This document shows, in pieces, positions 51,351 through 64,000 of a DNA stretch of 64,000 bases. The position numbers were made by a program, and so were the translations under genes. How positions within the stretch are numbered: position 1 is the first letter of the stretch; each line of letters opens with the position of its first letter. The notes under the pieces are model-generated. The model did not search any database and was not told the DNA's origin. It saw only the letters and a program-made list of their open reading frames with translations. Source of the DNA: Acanthaster planci (Eukaryota); assembly GCF_001949145.1 (NCBI RefSeq), contig NW_019091355.1, forward strand, positions 1,176,083 to 1,240,082. The letters run 5' to 3'.

Positions 51351-54300
51351 CGTGTTAGGTCGATGCTAATCACATCATCGGGCTACGAGCGGACAGAGAG
51401 AAGACCAACCGCGCCTTCCTCTCAACACCTTAGCCTGTTTCGGGACAAATATCTGGTCGATGATTCTTCTTAAGTTTCAAGCCTTTTAAAGTGTGTAGTA
51501 TCTCTTGCATTGACGTCACATTTTAAAACGTGCATTTTACCTAGGTTTTCGAGTAAAATAATGACTTGTAAAGGGCGCCTAGGCTGAAAGCAGATGGCAT
51601 ATCATCAGGTTTACGGCAATATCAAGAACATCTCTTCCTGAAAATGACCACAGTGCACCGATCGCAAAGTCCTTTTTTTCCCCTGCTGTTTTTAACCCGT
51701 CGATCTTTCTTCTGCAAACACCTCCCAGGTGGATGCTAGGGTTGGAATCTTGCGCATGTTGTCAGCTTTGTCCATCTCCTCTCGGATTGGGCTTGAAATA
51801 GGAATAGCTGAAGTAAGGTTCAGTGTTACCTTTAATGTTACGTATAGCTTTTGCATACCTGTGTAAAAATATTTAAGTGCCTTGGAAGAGAGTGAGGAAT
51901 ATATCGCCAGAAACAAACTTATACTAAGTACTGGTTACCTGAATATCAAGCACATAGACATGAAGGACCTCGGCAATGGATTAGCTTTAATATTATTGTT
52001 TCTCGAGACATTTGGGGGGGCGCTAGTGGAGAGGAAATGCCTCGGTTTTGATCAGCGTAACGTAATTATTCCACATTTTTCTTCTGTGCACCAACAGCCT
52101 ACGGGTAGCCCCAAACAGAAACGTGATGGTCGTGCGAACATCTTACCATACTCTCTCACTGCTGATCGATCAGCGGAGCGGTGGTAATGCCCCGCCTCAC
52201 GTAAGCATTGATCGAGAAGACGTCACTACCCTCAAGAACAAAGTGACGCTTATCTTATATTCAATCATTATTTGTAGATACTTAGTACTTTTGGAGGTAT
52301 ACTCAGTACTAGTGAGATATAATATAAATATACCTTGAGGTAAACTTGGTCATACTTTGAACGTCTGAGGTATGATAAAGACCAGTAGGTACAAATTGTA
52401 ATTTGATATTTCACTTGTTTTCGATTTTAAGTCCTTTGCTGTCATTGCAATGCTACCAAATTCTTCGCCATTCTCGAGTTCACATGTGTTTCGTTTTCTG
52501 ACAAAAAGGAGAAATCATTACATGGTTTACTTCCCCAACCCTTTGATAAACTTGCGAACGGCACAGACATCAAGCACGGAGGAAGAAGCTATCAATTTGA
52601 AAATGAACGCTCGGGTCCCTCCAATTTCAGTGAACATTTATGTACAAACACAGTGCTAATTTCAATTAATCTTCATAGGACAACCACCTGGACACTCATC
52701 ACTCATGATTAACTACGCTATTTCCTTGACAGGTCCTTACGTGTGGACACAGTTTTATGATTAATTTGCTGCTACACTCACTAATGGCTCGATACTCTGT
52801 AACGGCTGAAGACACGTCCCTGGATATTCTGTCAGATCCGACGTTTCAATAGAACGTTTCGCGGCCGTGGAGTTTTGTTGTCTTTCACATAATATTGTGT
52901 AGTATGACTATTTTCGCCAATGTACACTCACATAAATTACACCAGGGTTCTGAATAATGTTGCCCTCAAGCTCAACTAGTGCATCATGACACCTACGTAG
53001 TTCATAATGCTAGAATTCACAAATCAATGGGCAACAATTAAACGAGAGGCGAGAATAAAAAACGATCTTGCAATGATTGGTCACTCTTAATTGGTCTGGA
53101 ATTGAAATATTCACATTTGAAGGCAATGTTTACACCAGAAAAAATATGATGTTGGTTGGTATAACAGAATTTCAAACTGGCTGGTTGACGCACAGTTTCC
53201 TTTGCACTGCCTGCGCCATGGTCTTAGCCTTTTCTTTTTTAAGAAAATGTCATTTTCACTTCAAGGTCACGCACATCTCCAAGAAGCCAAAATTAAAAAT
53301 GGCTGAAAGACTCTGCCAACCGTTTCATTGTGCTGCAAATGGTCTTCACCTCGGAGCGCTCTGCGTTCACTTTTTGTTTACTGGGATTCGCCACGGAAAG
53401 CTAATCGAATTCACCAGCCAAAAAAGACGGATGAAAGGCGTTCTTGAATGCTTTGCTGACCGTACAACAAAGCGGAAAATCTTGTTCGTACACGGCAGGC
53501 AAACGCATAGACAAAAACCTTCAGTGGTCGATGGCTTTTCATTTTGCGCTGTTCATGAGGCTCTCGTCTCCACTCTCATTCTGTCAAGGAATTTTGGATT
53601 GCAGCCAGACCGAGTGAGGCACCAAATTTGATTTCAACGCCACCGGCGAAAATATTTTCAGATTTAATATCGCCGACTGTAGTGTTTACCCTGCAAACTT
53701 CGGGTAGCAATTAGATATACCGTCAACCCCCTTTCCCGCGATGCCGGGCCCTTCCCGAATACTCCGATTGCGATCTTGAGCAAGAGTTCTGTTTCAGATT
53801 GAAATCTTTTGTTGGACGTGGTTCGTTGTTCGGCGAAGTATACCATCCATGCTCCTAGCTAAAGTCTGATCCCCTGAGAAAAAAACCAAAAATAAAACAA
53901 AAGAAAACTCCAAATTGCTTAATAGTTGCATAAAAAGATTTTTTTACGAATCCGTATTTGCATTCTTTTACCTTGAAGCCTTACGATTCTTATGAAAACA
54001 ATAACGCGCTTGTGAGTACCAGAATCGTCCATTAATCAGCAACGCACACGTTGAAATATTAAACCAACAGTTGGAAATTAAATCTGATTAATTCGGCAAC
54101 AGAGGACAAACCACGTTTGTATGAATGTCCAGCGAGGGCGTTTAAAGCCGCTTTGAACACAGTAAAACGTTTAGTAAATGATGCGCACCTCGTTTTACGG
54201 ATGTCTGCGACGTGCGCAAACGCGTTACGACTTACGCGTATTCCGCTATATTAGCGTATTGGTCTATGCTTGCGTGCACACTCAAGTCAAATTATTCAAA

Positions 54301-57300
54301 GGACAGATGTTAGTTCCCTCAGCATTTCTGACGTTGTTCCTGGGTCCTACCTTCTTTCCCAAGAAGCATCAGCACCGCACACATCCAGACAGTCCACCAC
54401 AGGCCACCTTCTCTGCTTAATTTCCACGGGCACGGCACCATGGTGAAAAATCTTTTTATTTCCCGTTTCCAAAGAAAGAGCCTGGATTGCCGAAACGAAT
54501 TAATCGAGACTTCAGTCTGCTCCAGACTAGAGCGACCGACAGTGACGCTGTCTCGCTGCTTTTGCATTTGACAACGCGAATAAAATTTTTAAACCTCCTC
54601 GGTGAAATTGAATAGGACTTGTTCGTTTTATGGGCCGTTTAAAACGATGAGTTCCGGCTACTGTTCCAGCCACGTTAATTATTACTGGTTGCTGCATCAG
54701 CAAGGTAAACTTCAATTCCACATGCAGATATCAGAAGCAGAATACCTCATGTAGCATTGTAGAAGTGTGCCGTGCAGCAAACCAATTCTGGCTGTGACGC
54801 CAAGTGAAGGTAGAAGAACCAATTTTGGCTTACATTCCTCTGAAGTTGTAGTCGAAAAATGAATCCTAAAAACTCGAAGACAACGCTGGTGCACATCGTT
54901 GCTGCGCGCCGATAAGGCTACAAAAGTTCCACATCTAAGATAACACCAAAATCAACATCTAGACCCCATTCCAAGTCCAGGATCGATCCATTAGGTGCCA
55001 GGCCAGGGCAAAAATTCAAACATGAACGACGCTGCCACTCTTCTCAGCCATCGACGGCGATAGACGACGACGAATCTGCCGGCAATTGTTTGCAAGAAAA
55101 AGAATGATAATTCTTGTTCGATAGACGCTCAGTTACGGGCTGTGACGCACTTTCTCCAAACCCGTATCCATCTCACTCTTACTGACAGCCCCGAAGTTTA
55201 TTTCACACCACATCGCACGCCACCACGGCTTGTTTTCTTAAGCCGTCTGTCTCTCCTCCCTCTTTCCCTCACGACCCAAATGCATCACCCCCTCTCTAAC
55301 ATCTCCTCGCAATGCCACCGAAGATTGTATTACCAATAACGGGCTGCAAAGCCTGAAGGTGACTGGAGAGGTCGCCTCAGAATTCAATCAAAGCGTTTGT
55401 GAGGAAGCATTTATTAAATGTGATACTCGACCAGGTTTTTCGTTTCGAGTTTCATTCCAGAGCTGTAATGGACAAGCTATTACCTGAACTCATTTTGTCG
55501 GTTAATTTCCTTCCGCAAAGAAATCCCTTTGTATTTTCCCATGAAGATATATATCAGAGCTCCTATCCAAAAATGTCTCTCAAAGACGCTCAACTACTGC
55601 AAAAACATTGTAAAATATGTGACATTTCCATGTCCGTAAATTTTTTTCGCATGCGCAGTTTTCATAAACGGACATAATTCCAAAGTTGGACGCACCAAGC
55701 GAAGCACTGTGATACGGCCTTTTCGTCCTCTCTCCAAAGAAACTTTGCTGTAGACGATTCTCGAACCGAGCAATGATTGTATCAGAAAACTTCCTCCATT
55801 TTTGAGTCGACAATGTGGTAAAGTGTATGTCAATCCTCACATATCCCCGTAGTCTGGGTGTCAGAAAACCTGCGCGTGTACCCTCAGTTCTCCAAATGTC
55901 ATTCTCTGCGCACACCGTTAAGACGACCGTGGGTCTGTAGGGTTTGAAACCAATATCGTGGGGTCGGGAAAACGACTGAAGAGCTGTCAAGTACAGGAAC
56001 AGAAGCGTGGCTGTATCCTTTTGGCTGTCGTGCGGTATAAAGGGGTGGCAGAAATCGCCTGTCAAACGGCGCTGGGGGATCTGCGTGTTACAGCGCCACC
56101 TCGATCGTAGATACATGTTTAAAGAATGCATTTGTTTGATAGTGGTGGCGCTAGAGCGGTGTCGTCTTAACACCTGTTGAGGGCGCTCAACTCTGCCACA
56201 GACCAGAGCTGTTAGAGAGTTGCGACATGAGAGTCTTAATTGTTGGAACCTAAATAGTTGGTCATTGCGCGTGCATGGAAAAAAACACACAATAGCTAAT
56301 TTTTCACTGGTGTTATAATTTTTGATGTTATTTGATGTTCCTTTTAACATCTGCCATTGCACCGTCACACTTATAGGTGTGCACAGTAACACGTCGTCTG
56401 ATAACACCAAAAAGTATTGATTTTTAACACCTGAGTTTTTGCAGTGCGCGATGTCATGAAATGTAGACTCCAACAAAAATGGGTGTTCCGTAGAGAATTA
56501 AAGGGATGACAAGTCTACACGCACCCCTTCAAGGAGGAAAGTAACGAAAGTTACCCTTCCCCTCGGTAGACACATGCACGCAGTTTACTTTCTAATGAAA
56601 CAAGGACTACATCTTTAAGGGTTAAGGCCTTTTTCATTAAAAAAAATTGTTTTTCGACTCGCTTCAAACGAGTTTCGAATTAGGGAACAATTTATTCATT
56701 TCGTATGATTTGTGTTTGAAATCAGTAACCACCCACCTATGATGTTGTGAGCGAGAGTACTTTAATGGAACCCCCCCCAACAGACCGAATAGCGTGCGCT
56801 GGAATCACTTGGCTACGGCTTAAAATTACGCATGACTGTATGAGAACTGGGCGCGGCCACTTGGGCTCGTATGCAATTTCAGGCTTCTAGCCAAGTAATT
56901 TGGGCACGGCTTTAGTTGAAAATAAAAGTGCCGTTTACTTATGCTCATGACTCATAGTGCCCTCTTACATTTCAGGACGTTTACATTTCTACAGCCATCA
57001 GAGCTTGAAAACAACATTAATAAAAATGACTATGGGTGCGGGTCAGTCAAGCACACATAGCCGTATGGGACTGTCAAGTGATTCATTTTGGAATGGTTAA
57101 ACATAATTCTTCTTTACATAGTTTGAGCAGTCATGCATGTAACGGTATGCCCGCATTTACCTCTCTAAGTTGCTGGTATGACCCTTGGGCTTTCAAATTG
57201 GCGTAATAAGGCCTCCATTATGAAGGTTTAAACCACGTTTCGTTGTAGCACCATGCCGCACGTCATCTCTGCGAGGAAGGGCAGGGAAATAGTTGTCTTT

Positions 57301-57785
57301 GAAGACAGATAAAAGCCAGCTATTGGCAGCAATGAATAGAGGTAGACAGAAGAGTCTGGTACACCTTTTGATGCGCCACAAACTTGTGTTAGCTTTGGAA
57401 ACGTGGTTAGAGGTTGAATCGGTCGTAAGGTCAAACTATTATGTATGCCTGATGAACGAAACGCAGACCTCAGTGTAAGCAATAAAGGCACAAGCGATGG
57501 GACGTTGAAACGACGACAGGAGCACTGACGCAGGTGAAATAAACCTTGCTGTTCAAGGTGCACGTTCTGAACCCCATTCAGAGATCAGTACTTGCATGGT
57601 TTCTTTGTGATTTAATGAACAAGTGCACCTGAAACTGGACAAACAGCGGCACTCGAAGTGATCTGTACCGTTTGGGGCGACAAATTCACCCTCGTGTGTT
57701 GATTACGGGACTAATACGTGTATAACTCCACGGGAGTTGTGACGGGTGTCAGGCAGGGGACCCTTGGTGAAGTTAACGGCTCACC

Positions 57786-58026
57786 ATGGGCGACCCGGGC
57801 CCGCTCGTGTATGAGCAGGACATCGACGGCGATGACTCGACTGCAGATCCAGGCGAACTTAGGGACACTCGAGTCGAGGAGATTTTAGAAGTCATTCGGA
57901 CAGGCAATGCTTATCGGCTGGACGAGCTGCTGACTCGGTGCAAGGATAGCGGGTGGGACGCGACAGCTTGCAGGGATAGCCGCGGGCTGTCTCTGTATGT
58001 CACGGCTATTGATGGCGGCTTCCTAG
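57786..58026 (+). CDS. TRPC-like transient receptor potential channel, first coding exon (ankyrin repeats 1-2)
   Basis: Good Kozak context caccATGG. Encodes MGDPGPLVYEQ...EILEVIRTGNAYRLDELL...CRDSRGLSLYVTAIDGGFL. Phase-1 donor G|gtaaag is in frame with the next exon. Confidence 0.85.
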
Positions 58027-59972
58027 GTAAAGCTCAAATTTCGTGAAACAAAATCAGTAGCAAACAGAGCAGTATTTAGGTAACAGTAGGTGACTCATGA
58101 AATGTATTTCATTGCAGCAAAATATGAAACTTTCCTACAGGTTTGGAAACATAGACCTATTCTGACGTTTTTACAACCAGGATTCCCCTAGCTTATAAAA
58201 CATTTCTACAATCACGCATTTTAATTCCTATAGTAAAACGTTGGCCCTTCTAAATGATTCGAAACATTTAGTTATTTTCGACACCTTTGCAGAATTATTT
58301 ATGTCTTAATATGAGCTCTTCGCTGAACCTTTTATATAATTTCTTTTATGCCAACTTTTTTATTCATGATGTCTACTGTATTTTTCAGTTAGTAGCCACG
58401 TCGGAGTATAGCCCTAACACCCTAGATCACTGTAACAAAAAACTCCTTTGAACCTCTAAAGTCCCAACATGCATAAGTCAAACGGCACCATCATTGAAAT
58501 TGATCTGTCAAAGAGCGTCAAATCCAATCTTAGGTAAAAGCGACTAAAGGCTGTTCTCCATAACTACCGCTAATCCCTCCTTTGATTGGCTGACGAATTG
58601 AGAAGATACCGGAGGATGTAACGCGGACATCGTAGAGAACAAGCTATTTAATGCAAACCATCAAAATGCTACTATGTGTCTCAGTTGACCTACTTTCAAC
58701 TTTTGTTTCACTAGTTCAAAGGATCTTTTAATTACTGCTTTCTTTGATTTTCATGATAATATTTTCATTATTCATGAGCAAAACTGTAATGTCATCCCAG
58801 AAAGCAAGCTTCAGTGTTACATTGGTTTGTACACAAAAAGTCCTTCCTTTTTGTAGATTTTGCTGGACTGATTTTTGTCGTCTTTGTTGATCTGTTGTTG
58901 TTTATGCCCGTCACCGACACCACGAACTGACATTCAGTCGTGGACGAGGTGGTCTCATTTGTGCACATTTTAGAGAACCGAGATATTTTCGTTTTCACGA
59001 CTTGGTACTGATCTTAATTTCACAAGATAAAAATGACTTTCAAAGCATTTTTCTTTGTGCTACCGGGTGTCAGTTCGTAAACCGAAGTTGTTGATAATGC
59101 GGTTTCACGAAATGACACCCATTTCGTGATGTTTGTGCATAGCAACAAAACCATCATCAATCCCTTTCCCCGAAATGTTTTCATTAAGTAAATTCTGCGT
59201 TTGCAATTTAATCTGTAAAACCTATGTGCTGAACTTCCCTGGATGACATCACAGCAACGGCACCCTCAGTTGTTCCAGAAAGCATCCATTTGGATAATTT
59301 CAAGTTATAGTTTCAAAAAGTGAACTTTTTAGTGCAATTAACCGAAAAGAAGAGTTTCCACATATTGACGAAGATCACAAGGTTGCAAAAATTCAACCAT
59401 TGTAGCTACACTTTAAAATAAAGTGTGGAACCCTCGCTTTTTATAATTGTTCGTGCTCGGGAGTGCCATTCTCATATACGTGTACCAGTAAATATATTGT
59501 ATCTGTTTCAGAAATGGTATAAGGTCGAATTACAATGTTAATTAGCCATGTTTGCTGTCCTGCAGTACAGCATACTATGGTCTTATTTGTTCCAGTTAAT
59601 CATTAATAAGATCTATTCTTTTGACGTCACTGTCGTGTTTTTCCATAAGTGGCTGCTAAACCCATGGCTGGTAGTCAGAATAAAAGTTTTTAAAAGGTTA
59701 AGAGTAATTCACAAAATGTTCAAAATCCTACGTGACCATCAAAACACAACACATTCATAAATGTACCACTCTTGGCAAAGAACCAAACCTTCTTGTAAAT
59801 GTAACGGGACGAATGTACATCAAAAATCAAAAACCCCAAAAGAGGGGTGATTTTTCTGCAAACTTTGGTTTCCCAAGCTTACAAGCTGTAGGCAAAATGA
59901 GAGTGTCTATAATTCTGCTATTACGGAGCTTATTTCCTGAGGCAGTATGTTTTTAACTTGCGCTGTTTGCAG

Positions 59973-60091
59973 ATGCAATCAACACCCTTCTGAGCCACGA
60001 GATACCACTCGGTGATGCACTCATCCGATGCATCGAGGAGAACTTTGAGGATGCCATCCGAAGTGTGTGTCGGCACCTGGCGTCGCATCCA
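59973..60091 (+). CDS. TRPC-like channel exon (ankyrin repeats 2-3)
   Basis: tgtttgcag acceptor, gtgagt donor, phase 1 to 0. Encodes DAINTLLSHEIPLGDALIRCIEENFEDAIRSVCRHLASHP, resembling the TRPC 'LL....GDALL.AI' motif. Not in the ORF track. Confidence 0.88.
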
Positions 60092-60164
60092 GTGAGTAAC
60101 CCGGTCTATGTACCTCGGTTTTTCGGAGTCTTTATTTGCTCCTCTGGCCCTGGGTAGAGGGGCG

Positions 60165-60198
60165 AGGTGACAATGGCAGTCAGGTGACAATGGCAGTC
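60165..60198. repeat. 17-bp perfect tandem duplication
   Basis: aggtgacaatggcagtc twice in a row. Confidence 0.9.
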
Positions 60199-63082
60199 GA
60201 CCACCAGAGAATTCATATTGGGAAACTTACTGCATATAACTTTGTGATAACAACCATATAATGGCCATCAGGCTATGTGTATAGCTTGGTTATACTTTCT
60301 CTGGTTGTAGGTCGTCTTGTTGTCAGGATTCCTTGTATGCAATAACTTTGAAAAGTAGAACGTGGAGAAAACACCCAATAAAAAGAGAGACTAAAATAAA
60401 ATTGCAGTATCTACTACTTAAAATATTCAAATGATTATACTCTATAGACTCGATTGGCCTGAATCTCAGGGATAATCTTAGGCGAACTTTTTCAAAGCGA
60501 AAGTAGTAAGTCGAATGGGACCAGTGTTATAAATTTGTGCCCAAAATTGGGGATAGGGGATGACTTGTCCGGCCATGGAAATTTGAAAGGGAGCCCGGGA
60601 CTGACACCATATGACATTATATCGGGGAAATATTTATAGTATAGATGTACATCTGCAATATGCAATGAATTCACGCAGAAGCTCTCATGAGAATGGCATA
60701 TTTAAAGCTTTTAATTTTTTTCTTTTGAGTGAGATTTTTAGTCGTTGGAAAGTCCGAAAAAGTCTTCACAATCCTCTTTAATTTTTTTACTCGCTGAGAA
60801 AAGTCGGGGGATGACTCAGTAACACCGTGGCCCTCCTCAATAAGTGTGTTTGCGGAGGAATATATACCCCCATCTGCCCCTGGGATTTACGCCCATGAAC
60901 GGGACACAGCATGATCAGTGGGGATAAATATTCCAAAATAACAAAAATAGAATGTATCTCTACGAACACAAGTCATGTATGCAGTCATAGGACATATAGT
61001 CATAGGATACATTGGGATGGATACAAGCGGAATTCACTCCGACATATAAGAGAAAAACTACCCAAGAACTGCAGGGTATAGAGTTAATTTCCATGACCAG
61101 AAACCGCTTTGGGGTTATTCCTCCATCATCATATCTACTCCCCAAAAGAACCCCAAGAACTTGTTACAAACCATGCTAATATTTCCCCTTTTTGCGACAA
61201 GCCGGCTTCAAATAATTTCAAAGTACAAATGGGACGTGTGACTGCCTGACTGGATAGATAACTAGCCAGAAAAGTCCGTCACAGGCCAATAGATCACTGT
61301 AGAATTTGAAATGGCTAGGACACCCAGGCTAATGCATTGCAGTGGTTTAAATAATGTAACCAACGAGCGAACTATTGTTCATGTGAATGGTTAACTTTAA
61401 CACACTTCAGCGGCTGTATATGGTATTGAACGCTCCCAAGAAAAAAACAGAAAATCTATTACAATGGAGAGCCAGCCCAGGGAATTCTGACACTGAACTC
61501 CAGAAAGTTCCTGTGAACTGCTTTTGAATTGCTTTTTGGATGGTGTGCTGTTTTCTTACCTTTGTTCTGTGGTGAACTTCGGTCGCACTGCGCAGTGTGT
61601 CGCTGTCTGGTTTACAGCAACACTTACAGCAACACCAACCTGCCACGATACAGACAAGAGGTTAGGTTGAGGGAAGGAAGCGCGTGACCAAGAACAGGAG
61701 CTGAATATAGGGACAATTTTGTGTGGTTATTCCTGCCTTACGTAAAAGCCACGATCTTTGTCTGTTATCACGTTTTCAAAACAAACGGACTGCAGGACAG
61801 TAAAAAAAAACTTATGACAGAAATTCTACTAGACTTTCTGTCATGCGTTTTACTTACTTTGTTACCCCTGAGTTGCAGTTACAGCTTTACTAACCTTCTT
61901 TTTGAAAAAGCTCTTGAAGAACCTAGTTTACCTTCTATTATGTCCCTCTTTCATTAACTGAACAAAAATGTCAGAGAAAAAAGAACTGAAGTGATATGGC
62001 GTTGAAAATGTCTCCGGAAATTACCCAGTGACTCATAGGGTAATTTCTCGAGACATTTCGGTGAACTTAATCTATGAAGCCAATGACCTTTGATCAAACA
62101 AAGCCTGGGGAAAGCTTTCTTCTGTCGTGGTATGTTGACACTGTTTAAGGACAAACCCCATTCAAACAACTCTTCCCTCTGCAGGTGATTTGCGTTTATC
62201 AAGGTCTTTGCCCATTTTCCGCGTCTTCATTGTGAAAATTCTGAACCAGCCTCCGGGTCGTGCATGTTTACTTTCGAAATTTGCCTGTGGCTTGAAATTC
62301 TTTGAACGGAATAATCGCTGTTGAAACGACCACTTTTTTTTCAAAAAGTTTAGGGTTGAACAACTGCTTCGGCGTACATGACTTGCATATCGATTTTCAC
62401 ATACGCCTTTCAACTCCAGGTCTTCTACCTCGTAAAGCTCAGGTGCCAATTCATCCAACCCCGTCATTGTTGTTTGCCCTTTTTGACAAGCAATAGCGCT
62501 GGTAATCATCACTGAATAGTCTCACAATGGAGGCTACTTCTGACAAACACAAATCTGATTCTGTCCTTGTGGCCGGAGAGGCGTTAAATCCTTCAGTCTT
62601 CCTTTGTTAGGATTTTCTCGTATTGTTGTGTCAAAGTGACGACCTCCGAGAATGATCTTGCCAGGCTGATTGGCTCGAGCAAAAAAAAATGAATAAGGGC
62701 TTCATTTTGAAACTTCCTCTTCTGTACAGACAGTCTGTCTTTGAGTAAACGTTTAAGAGCTAAATTTTTGGAATTGGAATGAAAAATTCCCTTCTTAGCA
62801 GAGTTTCCACAACACTCATATAGTTAATACATATAAATAAGGAAATTTCACTCCAGAAAACAGACATATCCACGTAGACAGTATAAGGTTTTTCCTTCTC
62901 TTTTCAGCGAGTCGTGCATTAGGCCTAACTCAAGCAGAATCGTTGATCCACGTCACGGCCTCCCAGTAAGAGCTCAAAACACGCGCAATAGGTGGCAACA
63001 ATTTTCAATTAATATAAAAACCCTAATCGTACGCAAATTTCTCCACTAAAGTGAAATCCATGATTTATGATGGCTTTTTCAG

Positions 63083-63190
63083 GAGGTATGTAAAGTGGTC
63101 CTGGATGCGACATGTGACAATGATGACTTTCATCCGGCCATCACTCCCCTTATTCTGGCTGCTCAACGCAACAACTTCGAGGTGGTTAAG
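63083..63190 (+). CDS. TRPC-like channel exon (ankyrin repeat 4)
   Basis: ctttttcag acceptor, AAG|gtattg donor, 108 nt phase 0-0. Encodes EVCKVVLDATCDNDDFHPAITPLILAAQRNNFEVVK, matching the TRPC hallmark F.P.ITP.ILAA..NN.E.VK. Confidence 0.93.
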
Positions 63191-63275
63191 GTATTGTACA
63201 TACCGAACTACAAAGTGCACTTCCAAATAACAGAGCTCTGGCATTTGTCCGGGTTTCTCGTTACCATACAACAGT

Positions 63276-63495
63276 CAGTGGTGTAGCCCGGACGAGGCTC
63301 GTATCCCTCCATAAATTCCCATATTCCCAGTTACTTCCCACACACACACACCATGCATAACCCCCCAGTAATTTGCCACTTGCCGACGGAATTTCTTTTG
63401 TAAGTATGCTTTGTCCCCCGGAAAATTGTATGTATGCCCATGTATGCTGGCGCCCCTGCCACCTCCCCCCGACAAAAATCCTGACTCTGCTACTA
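63276..63495. mobile_element. Degenerate MITE in a TRPC intron
   Basis: Starts cagtggtgtagc. Its C-rich end ccccc-gacaaaaatcctgactctgc resembles the end at 9367-9409 (cccctggacaaaatcctgaatctgcccctg). Confidence 0.4.
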
Positions 63496-63589
63496 GCTAC
63501 TATGTTGAAAAAATTCCGACGTACACATGTAAGATAATGCACTTCTTTCAGGTATCTCTGATCTGCACAATTTTATGAAACTTCTACAG

Positions 63590-63751
63590 ATGCTGGTGAA
63601 TCTTGGAGCGACTATCGAGGTACCAAAAATCTCGGTCGGGGTTGATGTGACATTGACTCAAGCTGTCTCAACGCTGCACATCTACCGCGCCATATCGCAG
63701 CCTGCTTACCTAATGGCCACACAGTTTGATGTCATTGGCCATGCTTTTAAG
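63590..63751 (+). CDS. TRPC-like channel exon (end of ankyrin 4 and TRP_2/linker region); gene continues beyond the window
   Basis: cttctacag acceptor, AAG|gtgcaa donor, 162 nt. Encodes MLVNLGATIEVP...LHIYRAISQPAYLMATQFDVIGHAFK, aligning to TRPC 'LL..GA.I..P ... YRALASP..I.LSS.DP..TAF'. Confidence 0.88.
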
Positions 63752-64000
63752 GTGCAATATGACTGCTGCCTCAGAATGGCAATTTTAAAGGCCAAGAGGA
63801 ACGTAATTTAGAGAGCATTGCTTTAATGTTGGAAATGCAGATTTTAATATAGCCGTTTTGTTGCGACCTGCTCTGCTCGAAACACTGCTGTTTAAAAATA
63901 TGAATTCGGGGAAATTATTAGAAGTTTCATTGATTAAAATGAGTGATTTTACAGTAAAAGTGTGATCCAACGCTGGGCGGTTTCAAGCATGGTCACCATT

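Noticed and set aside
55580..56476. Longest ORF (298 aa, minus strand)
   Set aside because: Non-ATG start, no recognisable domain and a composition typical of non-coding DNA. It also spans an 11-bp inverted pair (55596-55606 / 56435-56445) suggestive of repeat DNA.
63552..63589. Alternative upstream acceptor that might restore residues to the TRPC exon
   Set aside because: Splicing there reads GTA TCT CTG ATC TGC ACA ATT TTA TGA, an in-frame stop.

Overview
AT-rich, intron-dominated animal genomic DNA with no prokaryotic features. The repeat types suggest an invertebrate deuterostome such as an echinoderm, but that is a low-confidence inference. Two spliced ion-channel genes sit head-to-head. 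(1) On the minus strand, a nicotinic acetylcholine receptor alpha-type subunit: five exons traced with phase-consistent GT-AG junctions (37684-37817, 15265-15309, 14926-15035, 5143-5684, <1-630). Its signal-peptide exon was not found and its stop lies beyond the left edge. (2) On the plus strand, the 5' part of a divergent TRPC-like channel (57786-58026, 59973-60091, 63083-63190, 63590-63751), continuing past the right edge. An antisense intronic tRNA-Pro(TGG) with a 1-nt T-arm deletion lies at 2407-2477. Non-coding DNA holds a 71-bp minisatellite, foldback and MITE-like elements, a tRNA-SINE fragment and a Penelope-type minimal hammerhead-like motif. The most notable points are protein-level: the TRPC lacks the conserved His-Cys3 zinc motif, and the nAChR has Glu at M2 16' and Phe at the loop-C TyrC2 position. 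Nearly all other listed ORFs look spurious. I cannot support a wholly new multi-gene system from this window alone.
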